A DNA stretch of 63,600 nucleotides, filler included, from Octopus bimaculoides (Eukaryota): NCBI RefSeq assembly GCF_001194135.2. It is 3 parts of 3 records of this genome, joined end to end, with 100 filler letters (N's around TTAATTAATTAA, not from the genome) between each part and the next. Parts side by side here need not be neighbours in the genome. Positions count along the whole stretch, not along the records: positions 30,247 to 62,060 come from NC_068985.1; positions 62,161 to 63,600 come from NW_026303218.1; 1 more part is not named here. One strand, 5' to 3'. This document shows positions 51,362 through 63,600 of the stretch, in pieces. The notes under the pieces were generated by a model. It was not told the DNA's origin. It saw only the letters and a list, made by a program, of their open reading frames with translations, and made no database searches. Position numbers and translations under genes: made by a program. Every line of letters begins with the position of its first letter. Position 1 is the stretch's first letter.

Positions 51362-52754
51362 TTTTCTTACAAATAATTTCTTTATTATCCATAAGAGCTC
51401 CTACTAGTGACGTCTCCTGAATGAATATATTTTTTATCCATTATATATTACAAGATATATCTCATATATCATACGTATTGCTTGACTAAGATACATAAAT
51501 ACAAATAACAAATCAGATTTTAATACTAAACTTACATTTTCATGAGAAACAGTTGGAAAAAAAGACACATACCATAAATGCACTACTTCAATTATATGGC
51601 TTGGATTTTTAATACTGCATGCGTTGACTTTTAACTTACAAATGCATACAAATAAAGCACAGAGTTACAAAATACAGGTTTATAAAATACAGGGTTACAA
51701 AAATATGTGAGAATGGACAAATCGTAGTTCTATACAAATCGTGTAGTTGTTTGAAGACGTTATGCATTGGACATATTAACAATTACTTGAAGACTTAAGA
51801 ACGTAGCATAAATATAAAATTATATGTGTTTATATATGTGTTTATATATAAAATTATATATAAACACATATTATATATAAAATTATATATAAACACATAT
51901 TAAATAATGAAAATGGTCGAGTCAGAGTACACCATGTTCTATACACTAACCACTCATACTAAAAGTGGGTATGCCCAAAAGATGCCCATAAGCATCTTTT
52001 GCATTGGTCATGCTAAAATGCTCTCAATATCTGGGTGTTTCTATTTAGTCCTGTTGTTCTTCGTTACCTCTTCACGTACCAACCGCTCACACATTCCTAC
52101 AAAGGTGACAACGAACCAAGGCTCAACGTCGTTTCTCAAATACTCACCCATGTTTTTCACTGGTTCAATTGTTGTGCAAGCCTGTGGGCGTATGTATATC
52201 TCACAATCTCTGTTTGCCACTTTGTCTTGCCCTTGGTCATTAAAAGCAGGCATTCAAGTACGTCCTGCCTCACCACTTGATGGAGAATATCGTGTTCCAC
52301 ACACCAGTCAATTTGTCTTTACACGGCATACAAAATGTTTCCTTTTGGGGGGATATCTCCTTTAACGTGCTAATGTGCAAATTTCTCATTGTGCAAACTT
52401 CTAGAATCATATAAATCAGTTGTTTCCCAAAATGGATTTGATGAAATTGTTCTTGGGCTTTATGAAATGAGGTGTCTTTTAATACAATTCAATAAAAATT
52501 TATTTTATAAAGAAAACGGTTTTCCTTATTTCCAAAATAAGTAATTGTAAGTTTTTTTGTTTTTTTTTTGTATATGAATTAATTCTCTCTCTTAAGCAAT
52601 TTTGGTCTCATTATCATAATTAGGGTAATGAAATATAGATGGGTTCCACAATTTTTGAATAATTGTATAAGTTCCAAAATAAATTTGAAAAAATTGTCAA
52701 AATCGGTTATTGAGAAAGGAATTGTTTATTCTAATACAAAAAATAGGAAATATG

Positions 52755-52860
52755 ATATCTTTGCTTCCCAACAACACGGTCCCCAGTTCACTCGCAAAGA
52801 GTAGCACTTTGGGCAAATCTCTTCTACTATAGACCTGGGCCGACCAAAGCCTCAAGTGTG
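52755..52860 (+). mobile_element. tRNA-SINE family B, 5' fragment
   Basis: tgcttcccaac...gcactttgggcaaatctcttctactatagacctgggccgaccaaagcc. Confidence 0.7.
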
Positions 52861-53734
52861 TGTGTGTGTGTGTGCGCGTGTGTGTGTGCGCGTGTGTGTG
52901 TGTGTGGGTGTGTGTGTGTCCGTGCGTGCGTGCGTGCGTNNNNNNNNNNNNNNNNNNNNNNNNNNNNNNNNNNNNNNNNNNNNNNGTGCATGCGTGTGCG
53001 TGTGTGTGTGTGTGAATGTGTATATGAGTGTGAGTACGAGCGTGAGTGTGAGCATGTATGTATATACGCACACGCACATTCACACACACATACACACGCA
53101 CACACAGTGAGTTTGGTTGTGCAAATAAGAGAAAAGTTACATAATATTGTGGTGGAACTTATTATTTATTCGCAAGTAGATCATGATTCACTCAGTTGCT
53201 ATTCAGAATTTTTTGGTACGTGCCATAGTTCATACGGCAACATGATAAATAAGAATTTATAGACAACTAATAAATAACAACGGTTAGATCAATTTTCAGC
53301 GGTCTGTTTAAACAATTTTCATTATTTACATACCAAATCAAGATACGAAACAATCTGATAATTTATGGTATGGAATCTGGATAGCAGTACATCCAGAAAG
53401 GCAAAGATGCCTTTAAAAAAATTATGATATTTATATGTGGCTTCGAAAATGTCCATCTAACATTTCTTAGCAATGCTGATGATTACGTTCATGACGGAAA
53501 ACAAGACTTGCTGAAATTATTTCGAGTCTGTTCCTGAATCTACTGTAATGTATGGAATACCCTTAGATACTTCGAATTTGTATTTGATTTGCAAGATTCT
53601 TGATGTGAAATCGTATGCTGAAACAAATCTTGACATATCTAGGGTGGGTCATTACGCCAATAATAATAAGCACACACACAGGTTCAATTTTACTCCTTTA
53701 CAGTTAGTCAATTGGTTAATTACCTTGTAGTGAT

Positions 53735-54321
53735 GCGAAATTATAGCCGTCATTGAGGAAGTACTATTCTGCGCATGCGCAGGGGACTTCACCACCGGAA
53801 GCCCCTTGAGTTGCGCATGCGTAGTAAAACTGGTACTTAAAGAGAGAGTTTCACTTTGTTAGGCAGTTGCACGACAGACTTTCTTAGTGACAACTCCTCG
53901 CTCAGAGACTTTAGTCTCTCTCTATCACCTTTCAACAGCATTATAAATGAAGAGACATTAGAACAATTAACAACATAATAAAAAGGTTTTATTTATGATG
54001 ATGCTTGGTTTCACAATTCCTGTCATTCAGCTTAGCAGCCGCTGATTAGGTTGTAATTTGGTATTGGAAGGTTAAGGGCTTCCTTGATGCCTGCCAGAGA
54101 AGCAAGTAGCTATCACCATCGAAGGCATCCAGGTGAAGTTTGCTTCGTTGAGGAGCGAGGAGTTATCACTAAGAAGGTCTGTCGTGCAACTGCCTAACAA
54201 AGTGAAACTGTCTCTTTAAGTACCAGTTTTACTACGCATGCGCAACTCGAGGGGCTTCCTGTGGTGAAGTCCCCTGCGCATGCGCAGAATAGTACTTCCT
54301 CAATGGCGGCTATATTTTCGC
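53735..54321. mobile_element. Foldback/MITE-like element with 169-bp inverted arms and 249-bp spacer
   Basis: 53735-53903 is the reverse complement of 54153-54321 with 7 mismatches; no clear TSD; superfamily not identified. Confidence 0.8.
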
Positions 54322-54514
54322 GCTAACCAACTAACTAATCGATTGTTTGTTTAATTTGTTGATTAAACAATCAATCAATTGTTTATCAAAGTCTTTTTAT
54401 TGCTAATCACGATCTCATCTATAACATCGAACACTGGAAAGGAAGGCGCTACAAACTAACTATGACAGATCAGGTCTCTCTTATTATATTTCAGCCCATA
54501 TAATAATGAAATAT

Positions 54515-54720
54515 AAGGCGGCTAGCTGGCAACATTGTTATCATGACGGGCAAATGCTTAGAATTTCTTCTGTCTTTGTGTTCTAAGTTCAAATTCCACC
54601 GAGGTCGACTTAGCTCTTCATCTTTTGAATATCGATAAAATAAGTTGAGCAGTGGGATCTATGAAATCGACTTATCACCACTTCCGAAATTGCTGGCCTT
54701 GTACCAAAATTTGAAATCAA
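54515..54720 (+). mobile_element. tRNA-SINE family A, full length
   Basis: AAGGCGGCTAGCTGGCA head, GTTCAAATTCC B-box, then gaggtcgacttagctcttcatc...gataaaataag. Confidence 0.8.
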
Positions 54721-55315
54721 TGATATAATGAGACTGGTGGTAGCCATGGAAATTCCATAAAAACGAAAAAGATTAAGAGAAGCTATTTAAGAAAGAAAAG
54801 ACGAATTGTATTTTAATTTTTATTTTAATAAATTATTTCACTTTCAGTCGCAATGATATATGATTTTAAAATTTCCTTCAGCTAAGCACTTTATATTTCT
54901 CTCTTTCTTTCTCTTCAACAAACTTTTTAACCATGTAATTCCCCTCCTCATGTCTTTAACATTTCTCTCTTTCTCTTCACTTTTCACTTCCACTAACCAC
55001 ATGAGCGACAGTATAATGCGTCAGTTGACAATCTGCTCTCTCACTCTCACATTCCTTCTTCCTCTCTCTCACTCTACTTCCTCTTCTTCTCTAACAAACT
55101 ATAATATTATTCTTCAACGAACAGGTAGAAGAACAATATAGATTTAGTTCAATAAAAAAATACGTTTCACTATCAACTCACCACCACTACCACCACCATC
55201 ATCATCACTATATATTTTTCAGTTACAAAGCTCATTTCATTTCAGCTCAGTTCAGCTGTTTGTTTATATCTACTTTTTCTTGCTGTCGATGTATCTCTAC
55301 TCTCTCAATACAAAC

Positions 55316-55370
<55 letters not shown>

Positions 55371-55522
55371 NNNNNNNNNNNNNNNNNNNNNNNNNNNNNN
55401 NNNNNNNNNNNNNNNNNNNNNNNNNNNNNNNNNNNNNNNNNNNNNNNNNNNNNNNNNNNNNNNNNNNNNNNNNNNNNNNNNNNNNNNNNNNNNNNNNNNN
55501 NNNNNNNNNNNNNNNNNNNNNN

Positions 55523-55569
<47 letters not shown>

Positions 55570-55572
<3 letters not shown>

Positions 55573-55946
55573 TCTCAATTTCTCTTAATGTAACTGCCTC
55601 CCTTGTCCATTTCTTTCTTATCTGCCTTTCTTTAACCTCACCACCAGAACATCACCCTCTGCTACATATTGTATCCTAAACATATCTCTTTTTCTTTAAC
55701 ACCTTATCGCACATCGTCAACACTTTTCTCTCACCGTCTTTTTCTCTCGCTCTTCGTCTCTCCATTCAACTAACCAAGTGATGCATTTGGTTTTATTGTA
55801 TTATTATACACCATTCTACTTTCTGCTCTACTCGCATTCCTCCTCCTCCTCTCTCTCTCTCACTTTTACTCCACCTCTCACTCATCCCACCTCCACCTCT
55901 CTAACTAAGTATAAGGGGCGAACGAACAAGCAAGCTATTATATAGG
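55570..55946 (-). mobile_element. 5' portion of Helitron family H1
   Basis: Minus strand starts A|CCTATATAATAGCTTGCTTGTTCGTTCGCCC, versus A|TCTAAATAATAATTTGCTTGTTCGTTCGCCC at 7331; further blocks align to 7500-7700. Confidence 0.6.
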
Positions 55947-56322
55947 TAAGAGAGACCTGGTCTCCCATAATCAGTTCGCAGCGCCTCCCTTTCCAGTGTT
56001 CGCTGCTGAAAAGGAGAAAACTACTCTGCAATGCATACATCCAGCGATTTGGGTCGGGGGCGTTCCGGAATGACTTACTGTTATTACATCTTTTTGTCTA
56101 CACCGAGAATTTTACTCCGTGCCAAAATGCAGTTAATAGGCCTTCTTACGGGTTTGAACATGTATCTAGCATATTTAAACAGGTAACAAATTTATAATTG
56201 TACATATACTATATCTTACCTAGAGTACCTAATCGTTTGTTTGTGTTTGTGTGTGTTTGTGTGTGTGTATGTACAGACAGACAGATAGACAGACAGACAG
56301 ACAGATATATATATATAGATAG

Positions 56323-56399
<77 letters not shown>

Positions 56400-56835
56400 C
56401 ACCCGAAAGGAATCGGCTATCATTTTACATAGGAATTAAATTACTATGTAGTTTAACGATGTTCATGCAACCGAGAATCTAGGATATGTAATCAGGAAAT
56501 GTTTCCACGAAGAATAAATAATAATCATTACTAAGGATGTATGAGAGATGAATACAGATTTATCATTTGTTTATTAATATTATTTTCATATGATTACAAC
56601 TGTTTCATAATCTTATCCATATAAAATTAATAATTTCAACATTCCAAACGATATACATACAATATATTTCAACATGCATTATGTAAAACAATTCGCATAG
56701 AGATATATGATAGAGGAAACTAACTTATATGATCTCATTTACCGGAAACATCATGGATTCCTCTGGGATTCAATTGTTACACAAACAAAATCCACTCTTT
56801 ATGTGTATGTGTGTGTGTGTGTGTGTGTGTGAGTG

Positions 56836-58230
56836 TATACCACTCCGCTCTCACTACATCCATCCACTACAAGCACACCGACTCACACTCATACCTTAAC
56901 TTCTCCTCCTCCCACCCCACCAAAACCAAGCTCTCCATCCCCTACTCCCAATTCCACCGTCTGCGCAGGCTCTGCAATGACAACCATGACTTTGAGACTC
57001 AGTCTCAAAATCATGGCTCGCCACTTCATCCTTCGTGGATATTCCCTCATCACTATCCACACAGCCCTTGCCACAGCACTTCCCTGGACCGTGCCTCTGC
57101 TCTCTCTCNNNNNNNNNNNNNNNNNNNNNNNNNNNNNNNNNNNNNNNCCCCGCCGTTGCCCGTCTCCCGTTTCCTCTCACCTACCACCCCTCCACCTTCC
57201 CCTCCAACGAACCATTCTCCGAGTCTTCCGGCAACTCCAGTCCGGCTCCTCCATATCGCACATCTTCCCCAACCTACCCCTTCCCCCTTCAAACAGGCCC
57301 ACAACCTGCGTGACCTCCTGGTCCACAGTTTCTTCCTTAACCCCACCTCCCAACTTGGCTCGTTCTCCTGATCCCACCCACGTTGTCGCACTTGCCCCTA
57401 CCTCTCCAACACCACCATTCTCACATCATCGACCCTATCATATCACCGACTCCTTTACCAACTCTTCTAGCAACGTCATTTGCTGCATCTCCTACTCTTT
57501 CTGCTCTTCTTTGTACATCGGTCAAACCAGATGCCGCTTGGCTGACCGGTTCACGGAGCACCTCCGTGACATCAGACTTGACAATGACACCCCGGTCTCG
57601 TGCCATTTCCTCTCTACCGGTCATTGACTACAACACCTATCTGTGTTCGGATTGTCTTTGTACAGGGGCTATCCGGACTCCCGCCTTCACCCTGAAGAGG
57701 AATTAATCTTCTATCTTCGCTCCTTTGCGTCCCCTCCTCTCTTCATCTAACACCTACTTCCTCTCTTCACTCCTACCCACCTTTCCTCTCTTTCTCTGAC
57801 ACCTACCTCCTTTCTTTACTCCTACCCACTTTCTCTCTTCATTGATACACCCTCCAGCCACACTGCACTCTCACATACTCCATCCTACTCCCATACCTTC
57901 ACCCCTATGATCACACACCCCCATACCCACATCCCCACCTCACATCCCCATCCACATTCCCACCCCACACTCCACATCAACATCCACCCACACCACACAC
58001 CATCACCTACACACCCACACACCACACACCATCATCTACACACTCACACATTACAGACGCACACACACTCACACATCCACACGCCAAAGTCACAAGCCCC
58101 TATCCACACACACACGCACGCCTACCTTCGTTTTGGGATCACCAATACTTTATTACCTCCCCTTCTTTCTATCTCTCCTGATATATGTTGGCATGGGCGA
58201 GCTAGCTCCAACCATAGCAATCATCTATAC
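56836..58230 (+). mobile_element. 5'-truncated Penelope-like element (RT C-terminus + GIY-YIG + pyrimidine-rich 3' region)
   Basis: TSIHYKHTDSHSYLNFSSSHP...IPYSQFHRLRRLC, FILRGYS, and VICCISYSFCSSLYIGQTRCRLADRFTEHLRDI...VSCHF. Confidence 0.9.
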
Positions 58231-58244
58231 TTCTCTCCTCAGAG

Positions 58245-58288
<44 letters not shown>

Positions 58289-58605
58289 GTGTGTGTGTGT
58301 GTGTGTGTACATATACTAAATTTATAATTATGTACATAATTATATTGAAGGGTGCGGATTTACCACACCTACACGCTAGAGATAGATACCAAATGGCTCT
58401 AAAAACCTCACTACTCCATTAACACTGGTTGTAATCGGGCAGATGAAAAAAATAAATAAGACCTTTAGATCAAATGCGTATCGAACGATTTCAAACTTAG
58501 CATTATGAAAAGACCTTGTTATCTTCAGCACAGTATGTCAAAGCATATACACACAAATATTTATACATATCCATACGAACATCATAGTCGCACGACCATG
58601 CGTTT

Positions 58606-58741
58606 GCCCGTATATACTAGTAAATATCCTGATCAAATTACCCGTATATACTAGTAAATATCCTGATCAAATTGCCCGTATATACTAGTAAATATCCTGA
58701 TCAAATTGCCCGTATATACTAGTAAATATCCTGATCAAATT
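58606..58741. repeat. 34-bp minisatellite, 4 copies (GCCCGTATATACTAGTAAATATCCTGATCAAATT)
   Basis: Units start at 58606, 58640, 58674 and 58708. Confidence 0.95.
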
Positions 58742-58818
58742 GCATTCGCTGCGAGGTTATTTTGATATTAAAAAAATGCACATGATTGAGATGAGAAGAT
58801 AAATTAGATTTATACTAG

Positions 58819-58882
58819 TGTATACGGGCAGATGTATATACAGGCAGATGTATATACAGACAGATGTCTATACAGGCAGATG
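58819..58882. repeat. 16-bp minisatellite, 4 copies (TATATACAGGCAGATG consensus)
   Basis: Units start at 58819, 58835, 58851 and 58867. Confidence 0.9.
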
Positions 58883-59117
58883 TGCGGACAGATAGACCGA
58901 TAGATAACTTGTATGCGTACTTATTGGACACTGATTTTAAAAGTGCCGCGTTTTATTTCCTGTTACCGATCTTCGTACGATTACAATCATTGGAGCAAGG
59001 AAGAATTGTGTGATTTCAGCTCCCAGTAAATATACTAAATATTTCTACTTGCAGACTGGAGTAATCTCTTTTCTCCTTCTTGCTCACACTCAAGTGTTTA
59101 CAAACATGTATGTATGC

Positions 59118-59210
<93 letters not shown>

Positions 59211-59659
59211 NNNNNNNNNNNNNNNNNNNNNNNNNNNNNNNNNNNNNNNNNNNNNNNNNNNNNNNNNNNNNNNNNNNNNNNNNNNNNNNNNNNNNNNNNN
59301 NNNNNNNNNNNNNNNNNNNNNNNNNNNNNNNNNNNNNNNNNNNNNNNNNNNNNNNNNNNNNNNNNNNNNNNNNNNNNNNNNNNNNNNNNNNNNNNNNNNN
59401 NNNNNNNNNNNNNNNNNNNNNNNNNNNNNNNNNNNNNNNNNNNNNNNNNNNNNNNNNNNNNNNNNNNNNNNNNNNNNNNNNNNNNNNNNNNNNNNNNNNN
59501 NNNNNNNNNNNNNNNNNNNNNNNNNNNNNNNNNNNNNNNNNNNNNNNNNNNNNNNNNNNNNNNNNNNNNNNNNNNNNNNNNNNNNNNNNNNNNNNNNNNN
59601 NNNNNNNNNNNNNNNNNNNNNNNNNNNNNNNNNNNNNNNNNNNNNNNNNNNNNNNNNNN

Positions 59660-59737
<78 letters not shown>

Positions 59738-60923
59738 AATTTCGTTGGAACGTTTCTTGGTAAATACAATCTAATAACTTCTGGCAAGAGTAAAACCTCG
59801 TAAGCATTTCATGTCACCTTAATTTTGTTAAGTGCGAAGTTCTGTAGTAATAAAGCCAAACGGCCAATAATGGAAAATAATTTCGTTTAGATTAGATGTG
59901 AAACGGGGATCCGTTTTTTCTTTTTACTTTTTTTTTCTGAAATATATATAAATTGTTTCTACGCATGTGTATTTATATAGTGTTATATATGCTCAGTGTG
60001 TGAATCTTCTTATGCTTTTCATGAAGTATATGATATAAAAATGTGTATCTCTGAATACAGATGTGTTTATGAGTGTATTTATTTGAAGTGTATTTGGTAT
60101 GCGTGAGTATGTAGTAAATTTACATGTCCCTTCAGTTAGCTACAGAAATAATGTCTATGTTACATTCAAAAAGCATTTTTTCCACTGCAGTGTCAGATAA
60201 TGCTTTGTGATTATTTCGCTCTTATTCGCTGTGTAAATCGAGAGTTCCATTTCCAGAGAATAAATGCAATAAACTCATTTTACATGCTGACAATGGTAAA
60301 CATGGTTACTATGAAATCTTTATAATGAGTTAATACCATTATAATTATTGAAGGCAATCGTTGTTATGTAGAGGTAAGTTTCTGGCGAGACAGTTCTCCG
60401 ACACGGTTTCGATCTCCAGTTACTTATCTACAAATTCCTATGGAGAAAGTGTATGCACCAAAATTTCTGTTCTTCATTTCAAAAACACATAGGCATTTTT
60501 TTGTGCACAGTAGTTTATCTGACGAGAAATTTGATATTATTTCTCGAGGCGGGTGAAGTGATTTCGATTTGCAAGCGAATCAAAACTATTTCACTTCATT
60601 AGCATCTCTAATTCCTTTCTGAAAAGCTTGAATGACATCATTTCTCATTTTCCTGGCTAAAACTTCAGTCTGTAAACCCTCGTAATAATTATATATATTA
60701 CATTTATGATTATGAGAAACGAATCAAAGACTTGGCTTCGGTCACCAGTTGGGAGTGTTTTAATAAACTTCGCAAAGTCTATATGAAGAAATAATCAGAA
60801 ATGTTCCACAGGGTAGTGAAACACTAAGTTAAATGCTTAAAGTGGAACACTAGGTTAAATGCTTAAGGTGAAACACTAAACTAAATGCTTGATGTCACAT
60901 CCATTCCCTACGAGAGTCTTCTT

Positions 60924-61585
60924 TCAAATCAAATCAAATCAAATCAAATTTATTGGCAGGAGAAGAGCACAATGTGCTAAAGCCATGTAAAAAAGAAAAA
61001 CAGTTATTGTTATATACAGTTTTATACATAGTCGCCACAGTTGTCCAGAGCCTCTTTGAACAGGGGAGTGGTGGGCAGTCGAATGACATCTTGTGGTAGC
61101 TTGTTCCACGGGGCTGCGATACAGACGGAAAATGTAGCCTTCCGCCTGTTGAGTCGAAAGTGTCGGGGATAGAGTTTGCGATCATGCCCACGAAGACTTC
61201 TATCTGGAGCAGGGATGAAGAACTCCGCAAATGGTAGGTTTACATTCCCGTTGAAGATGTTGAAAGCCAGGATGAGATCTCCTCGCATTCTCCGTTGTTC
61301 GAGTGAAGGTAATGCCAGTCGTTGGAGAGGTTCCTCATACGTAAGCTTAGGCAAGCCCGCAACCATTTTAGTGGCTAAGTGCTGAACCCGTTCCAGGTGC
61401 TGAATATCTTTCTGGAAATATGGGCTTGAGGCCTGGATGCATTATTCGAGGACGGGTCGAACTAGAGTGACGTATAAAGGCCGAAAGACATCCATTGATA
61501 GGTCGACAAAAGACCGGCGGATGAGAAAAAGATTCCTTCTGGCTTTGTTTGCTGCCTCGATACACTGTCGTGTTGGTTTAAAAAT
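60924..61585 (-). mobile_element. 3' end of CR1-clade LINE with (GATTT)n tail
   Basis: LVRPVLE...LERVQHLATKMVAGLPKLTYEEPLQRLALPSLEQRRMRGDLI...RGHDRKL...PWNKLP; minus-strand AATAAA then (GATTT)n at 60924-60949. Confidence 0.9.
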
Positions 61586-61680
61586 AGTATCAAGAATCTA
61601 CTGAGCTTGATTCAATTGACTATACTCCCTTGTTACAAGTTTATGGTATTTTTCAAGGTAAATTATTATTGCTGTTGCTG

Positions 61681-61719
<39 letters not shown>

Positions 61720-62060
61720 GAAGTGACGAACAGGGTGGCCAACCTCACCCAGAAATGGGCTGAGAGGAAGCTCTCCTTGAAAGGTCGAGCGGAGGTAGCG
61801 AATGCGTACATCGCATCCGTCATCTATTACCGTTTGACCGTCGTCCCTTGTCCCGACCGCTGGTTAACCAAGATAGTACGCTTGCTCTTCAACTTTTTGT
61901 GGAAGGGTCAGGTACCACTGGTCAGGCGCTCTATCTGCTGTCAACAGCCGCTGAACGGAGGCCTTGGCATGCCGTGGTTGCTGATGCGCAAACATGCGCT
62001 CGGGCTACGACATCTCAGGCGCTTCCTGGACGGTGAACAGGTGTGGTCGCCTTTCGTCAG
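61720..62060 (+). mobile_element. 5'-truncated Tx1/L1-clade LINE fragment, cut by the linker
   Basis: EVTNRVANLTQKWAERKLSLKGRAEVANAYIASVIYYRLTVVPCP...FLWKG...GGLGMP; starts immediately after (TTA)n at 61684-61719. Confidence 0.85.
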
Positions 62061-62160
62061 NNNNNNNNNNNNNNNNNNNNNNNNNNNNNNNNNNNNNNNN
62101 NNNNTTAATTAATTAANNNNNNNNNNNNNNNNNNNNNNNNNNNNNNNNNNNNNNNNNNNN
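62061..62160. other. Artificial assembly linker (44 N + TTAATTAATTAA + 44 N)
   Basis: Identical construct to 30147-30246. Confidence 0.9.
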
Positions 62161-62261
62161 AGCGTTAGGTAGCTTTAAAATTAAAATTTTCTGTTACCAC
62201 AAGGGCATAAGAGATGTGTACTTCGTAGAAAGTTCAGTTAAACAACGAGTTAAACCAATAA

Positions 62262-63600
62262 GAGGACTTAAATTATTACAAAATACAACACCATTCGGGC
62301 TAACCGGTAAAGATTCTAAATATGACAACACAGCTAAATTCTGTATAGTCTGGCATATGGGCACACTTGTATCAGGATTTCGAGTTCTGGACAAAAGTCG
62401 AAGCTCCCCTCAATAACGCAATGTTCAATAATAGATTTAAATTATGGCACTGTTAGAGTAAATGAAGAGATCGGTTATTTACGAACTGGAAATGCGAATG
62501 CATCTCAGTTACAAAGCAGAGTTCAAGTGATATACACTGCGTAGGATACTAGAAATTCAAATGGAACATTGTACCTGATGAGTAAATTGCACCTGTATGA
62601 CTGCTGATTGCTAGATCACAGTCTCTATGGAAAACAGTATGTTCGGAATTATGTCTAGCATGATGACACATAAACCACATTACATACAATACTAATGACG
62701 TTACACACGGAACACGCCAATTACTACTTGTATCTCGTCCACTCTGTTCATTGCTCCGAACCTGCATAGTAAACACGTCAAATCGTCACGATTAATTTTT
62801 CTTCTTCCTCACCGGAATTACTAGGACATGCTACGTCGATTATCATAAAGATATTTTCTTTCTTTTTCACCTCACAAATGTCGGATTTCCGATATGTGGC
62901 TATGCTAGCCCTTGGCTGGAATGGTCCATTCATATTGAATTCCTTGCTCGATCAGATTTCCAATATTTAAGTCTCTTCAAATTCATAACAAGGGCACAAG
63001 ACTTAAAATATTACAGAATACAACAGCATTGGGCCAACAGGTTAAAGTGTTAGACATGGCAACACAGCTAAATGCGATATCGTCTGGCATTTGAACACAC
63101 TTGTATATTGATTTCGAATTCTGGTTAAAAAGCCCAAATTCGCCACAATAACACAATGTTCAATAATGGATTTAGATTATGACACTAATAATCAGAGACC
63201 AGATCGTTTATACGCGAACTAGAATTACGAATGCATCTCAGTTACAAAGTATATTTGAAATGATTTAGACTGCGTAGAATACTAGAAATTCAAATGGAAC
63301 ATTGTACCTGATGAGTAAATTGCACCTGTATGACTGCTGATTGCTAGATCACAGTCTTTATGGTAAACAGTATGTTCGGAATTATATCTAGCATGTTGAC
63401 ACATAAACCACATCACATACAATACTAATGACGTCAAACACGGAGCACGCCAATTACTACTGGTATCACGTCCACTCTATTCATTTCTCTCACCCTGCAT
63501 ATTAACCACGTCAAATCGTCATGATTAATTTTTCTTCTTTCTCACCGGAATCACTAGCACATGCTACGTCGATAATCATAGAGTTATTTTCTTTTTTTTT
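62262..63600. repeat. Tandem duplication/array with ~734-bp period (two diverged units visible, runs off window)
   Basis: caacacagctaaa at 62326 and 63060; gaaattcaaatggaacattgtacctgatgagtaaattgcacc in both units; collinear to the window end. Confidence 0.9.

Noticed and set aside
51907-52365. 152-aa plus ORF, and a minus-strand peptide faintly like the Tc1 PxSPDLNPIEN motif
   Set aside because: No recognisable domain on plus; the minus similarity is too weak and no TIRs were found. A BLASTX search would settle it.
60360-60425. tRNA B-box-like GGTTTCGATCTCC
   Set aside because: No A box or cloverleaf; at most a SINE relic.
62570-62600. CTGATGAG within the 734-bp tandem unit (possible satellite hammerhead)
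   Set aside because: No downstream GAAA box or stems in either unit.

Overview
AT-rich, microsatellite-dense, gapped eukaryotic DNA consisting almost entirely of decayed transposable elements. The SINE families and repeat landscape suggest an octopus/cephalopod genome (inference, not verified by search). I found no intact host gene; most ORF-track entries are microsatellite or N-gap artefacts. Recognisable elements: the 3' end of a hAT (Charlie/SPIN-like) transposon; several Penelope-like (RT + GIY-YIG) remnants; non-autonomous Helitrons; an internally deleted Gypsy LTR element with a GGTC target-site duplication and a tRNA-Trp-like PBS; two Tx1/L1-like, one CR1 and one I-group LINE fragment; a full-length decayed Chapaev3-like DNA transposon; a 169-bp-arm foldback element; two tRNA-SINE families; and seven same-strand R4/Dong-type (RT + restriction-like endonuclease) LINE copies associated with (TAA)n tracts. 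The most interesting patterns are (1) TAA-seeded stacking of Dong elements, a TAA-tailed non-coding element and tail-to-tail SINEs, (2) an inverted pair of hammerhead-shaped motifs sharing a non-canonical CCAANGA core, (3) the foldback element with four GCGCATGCG motifs, and (4) a ~734-bp tandem unit containing a Dong endonuclease relic. None is demonstrated to be a new biological system. Two 100-bp N-TTAATTAATTAA-N linkers (30147-30246, 62061-62160) are artificial joins. All alignments were done by eye.
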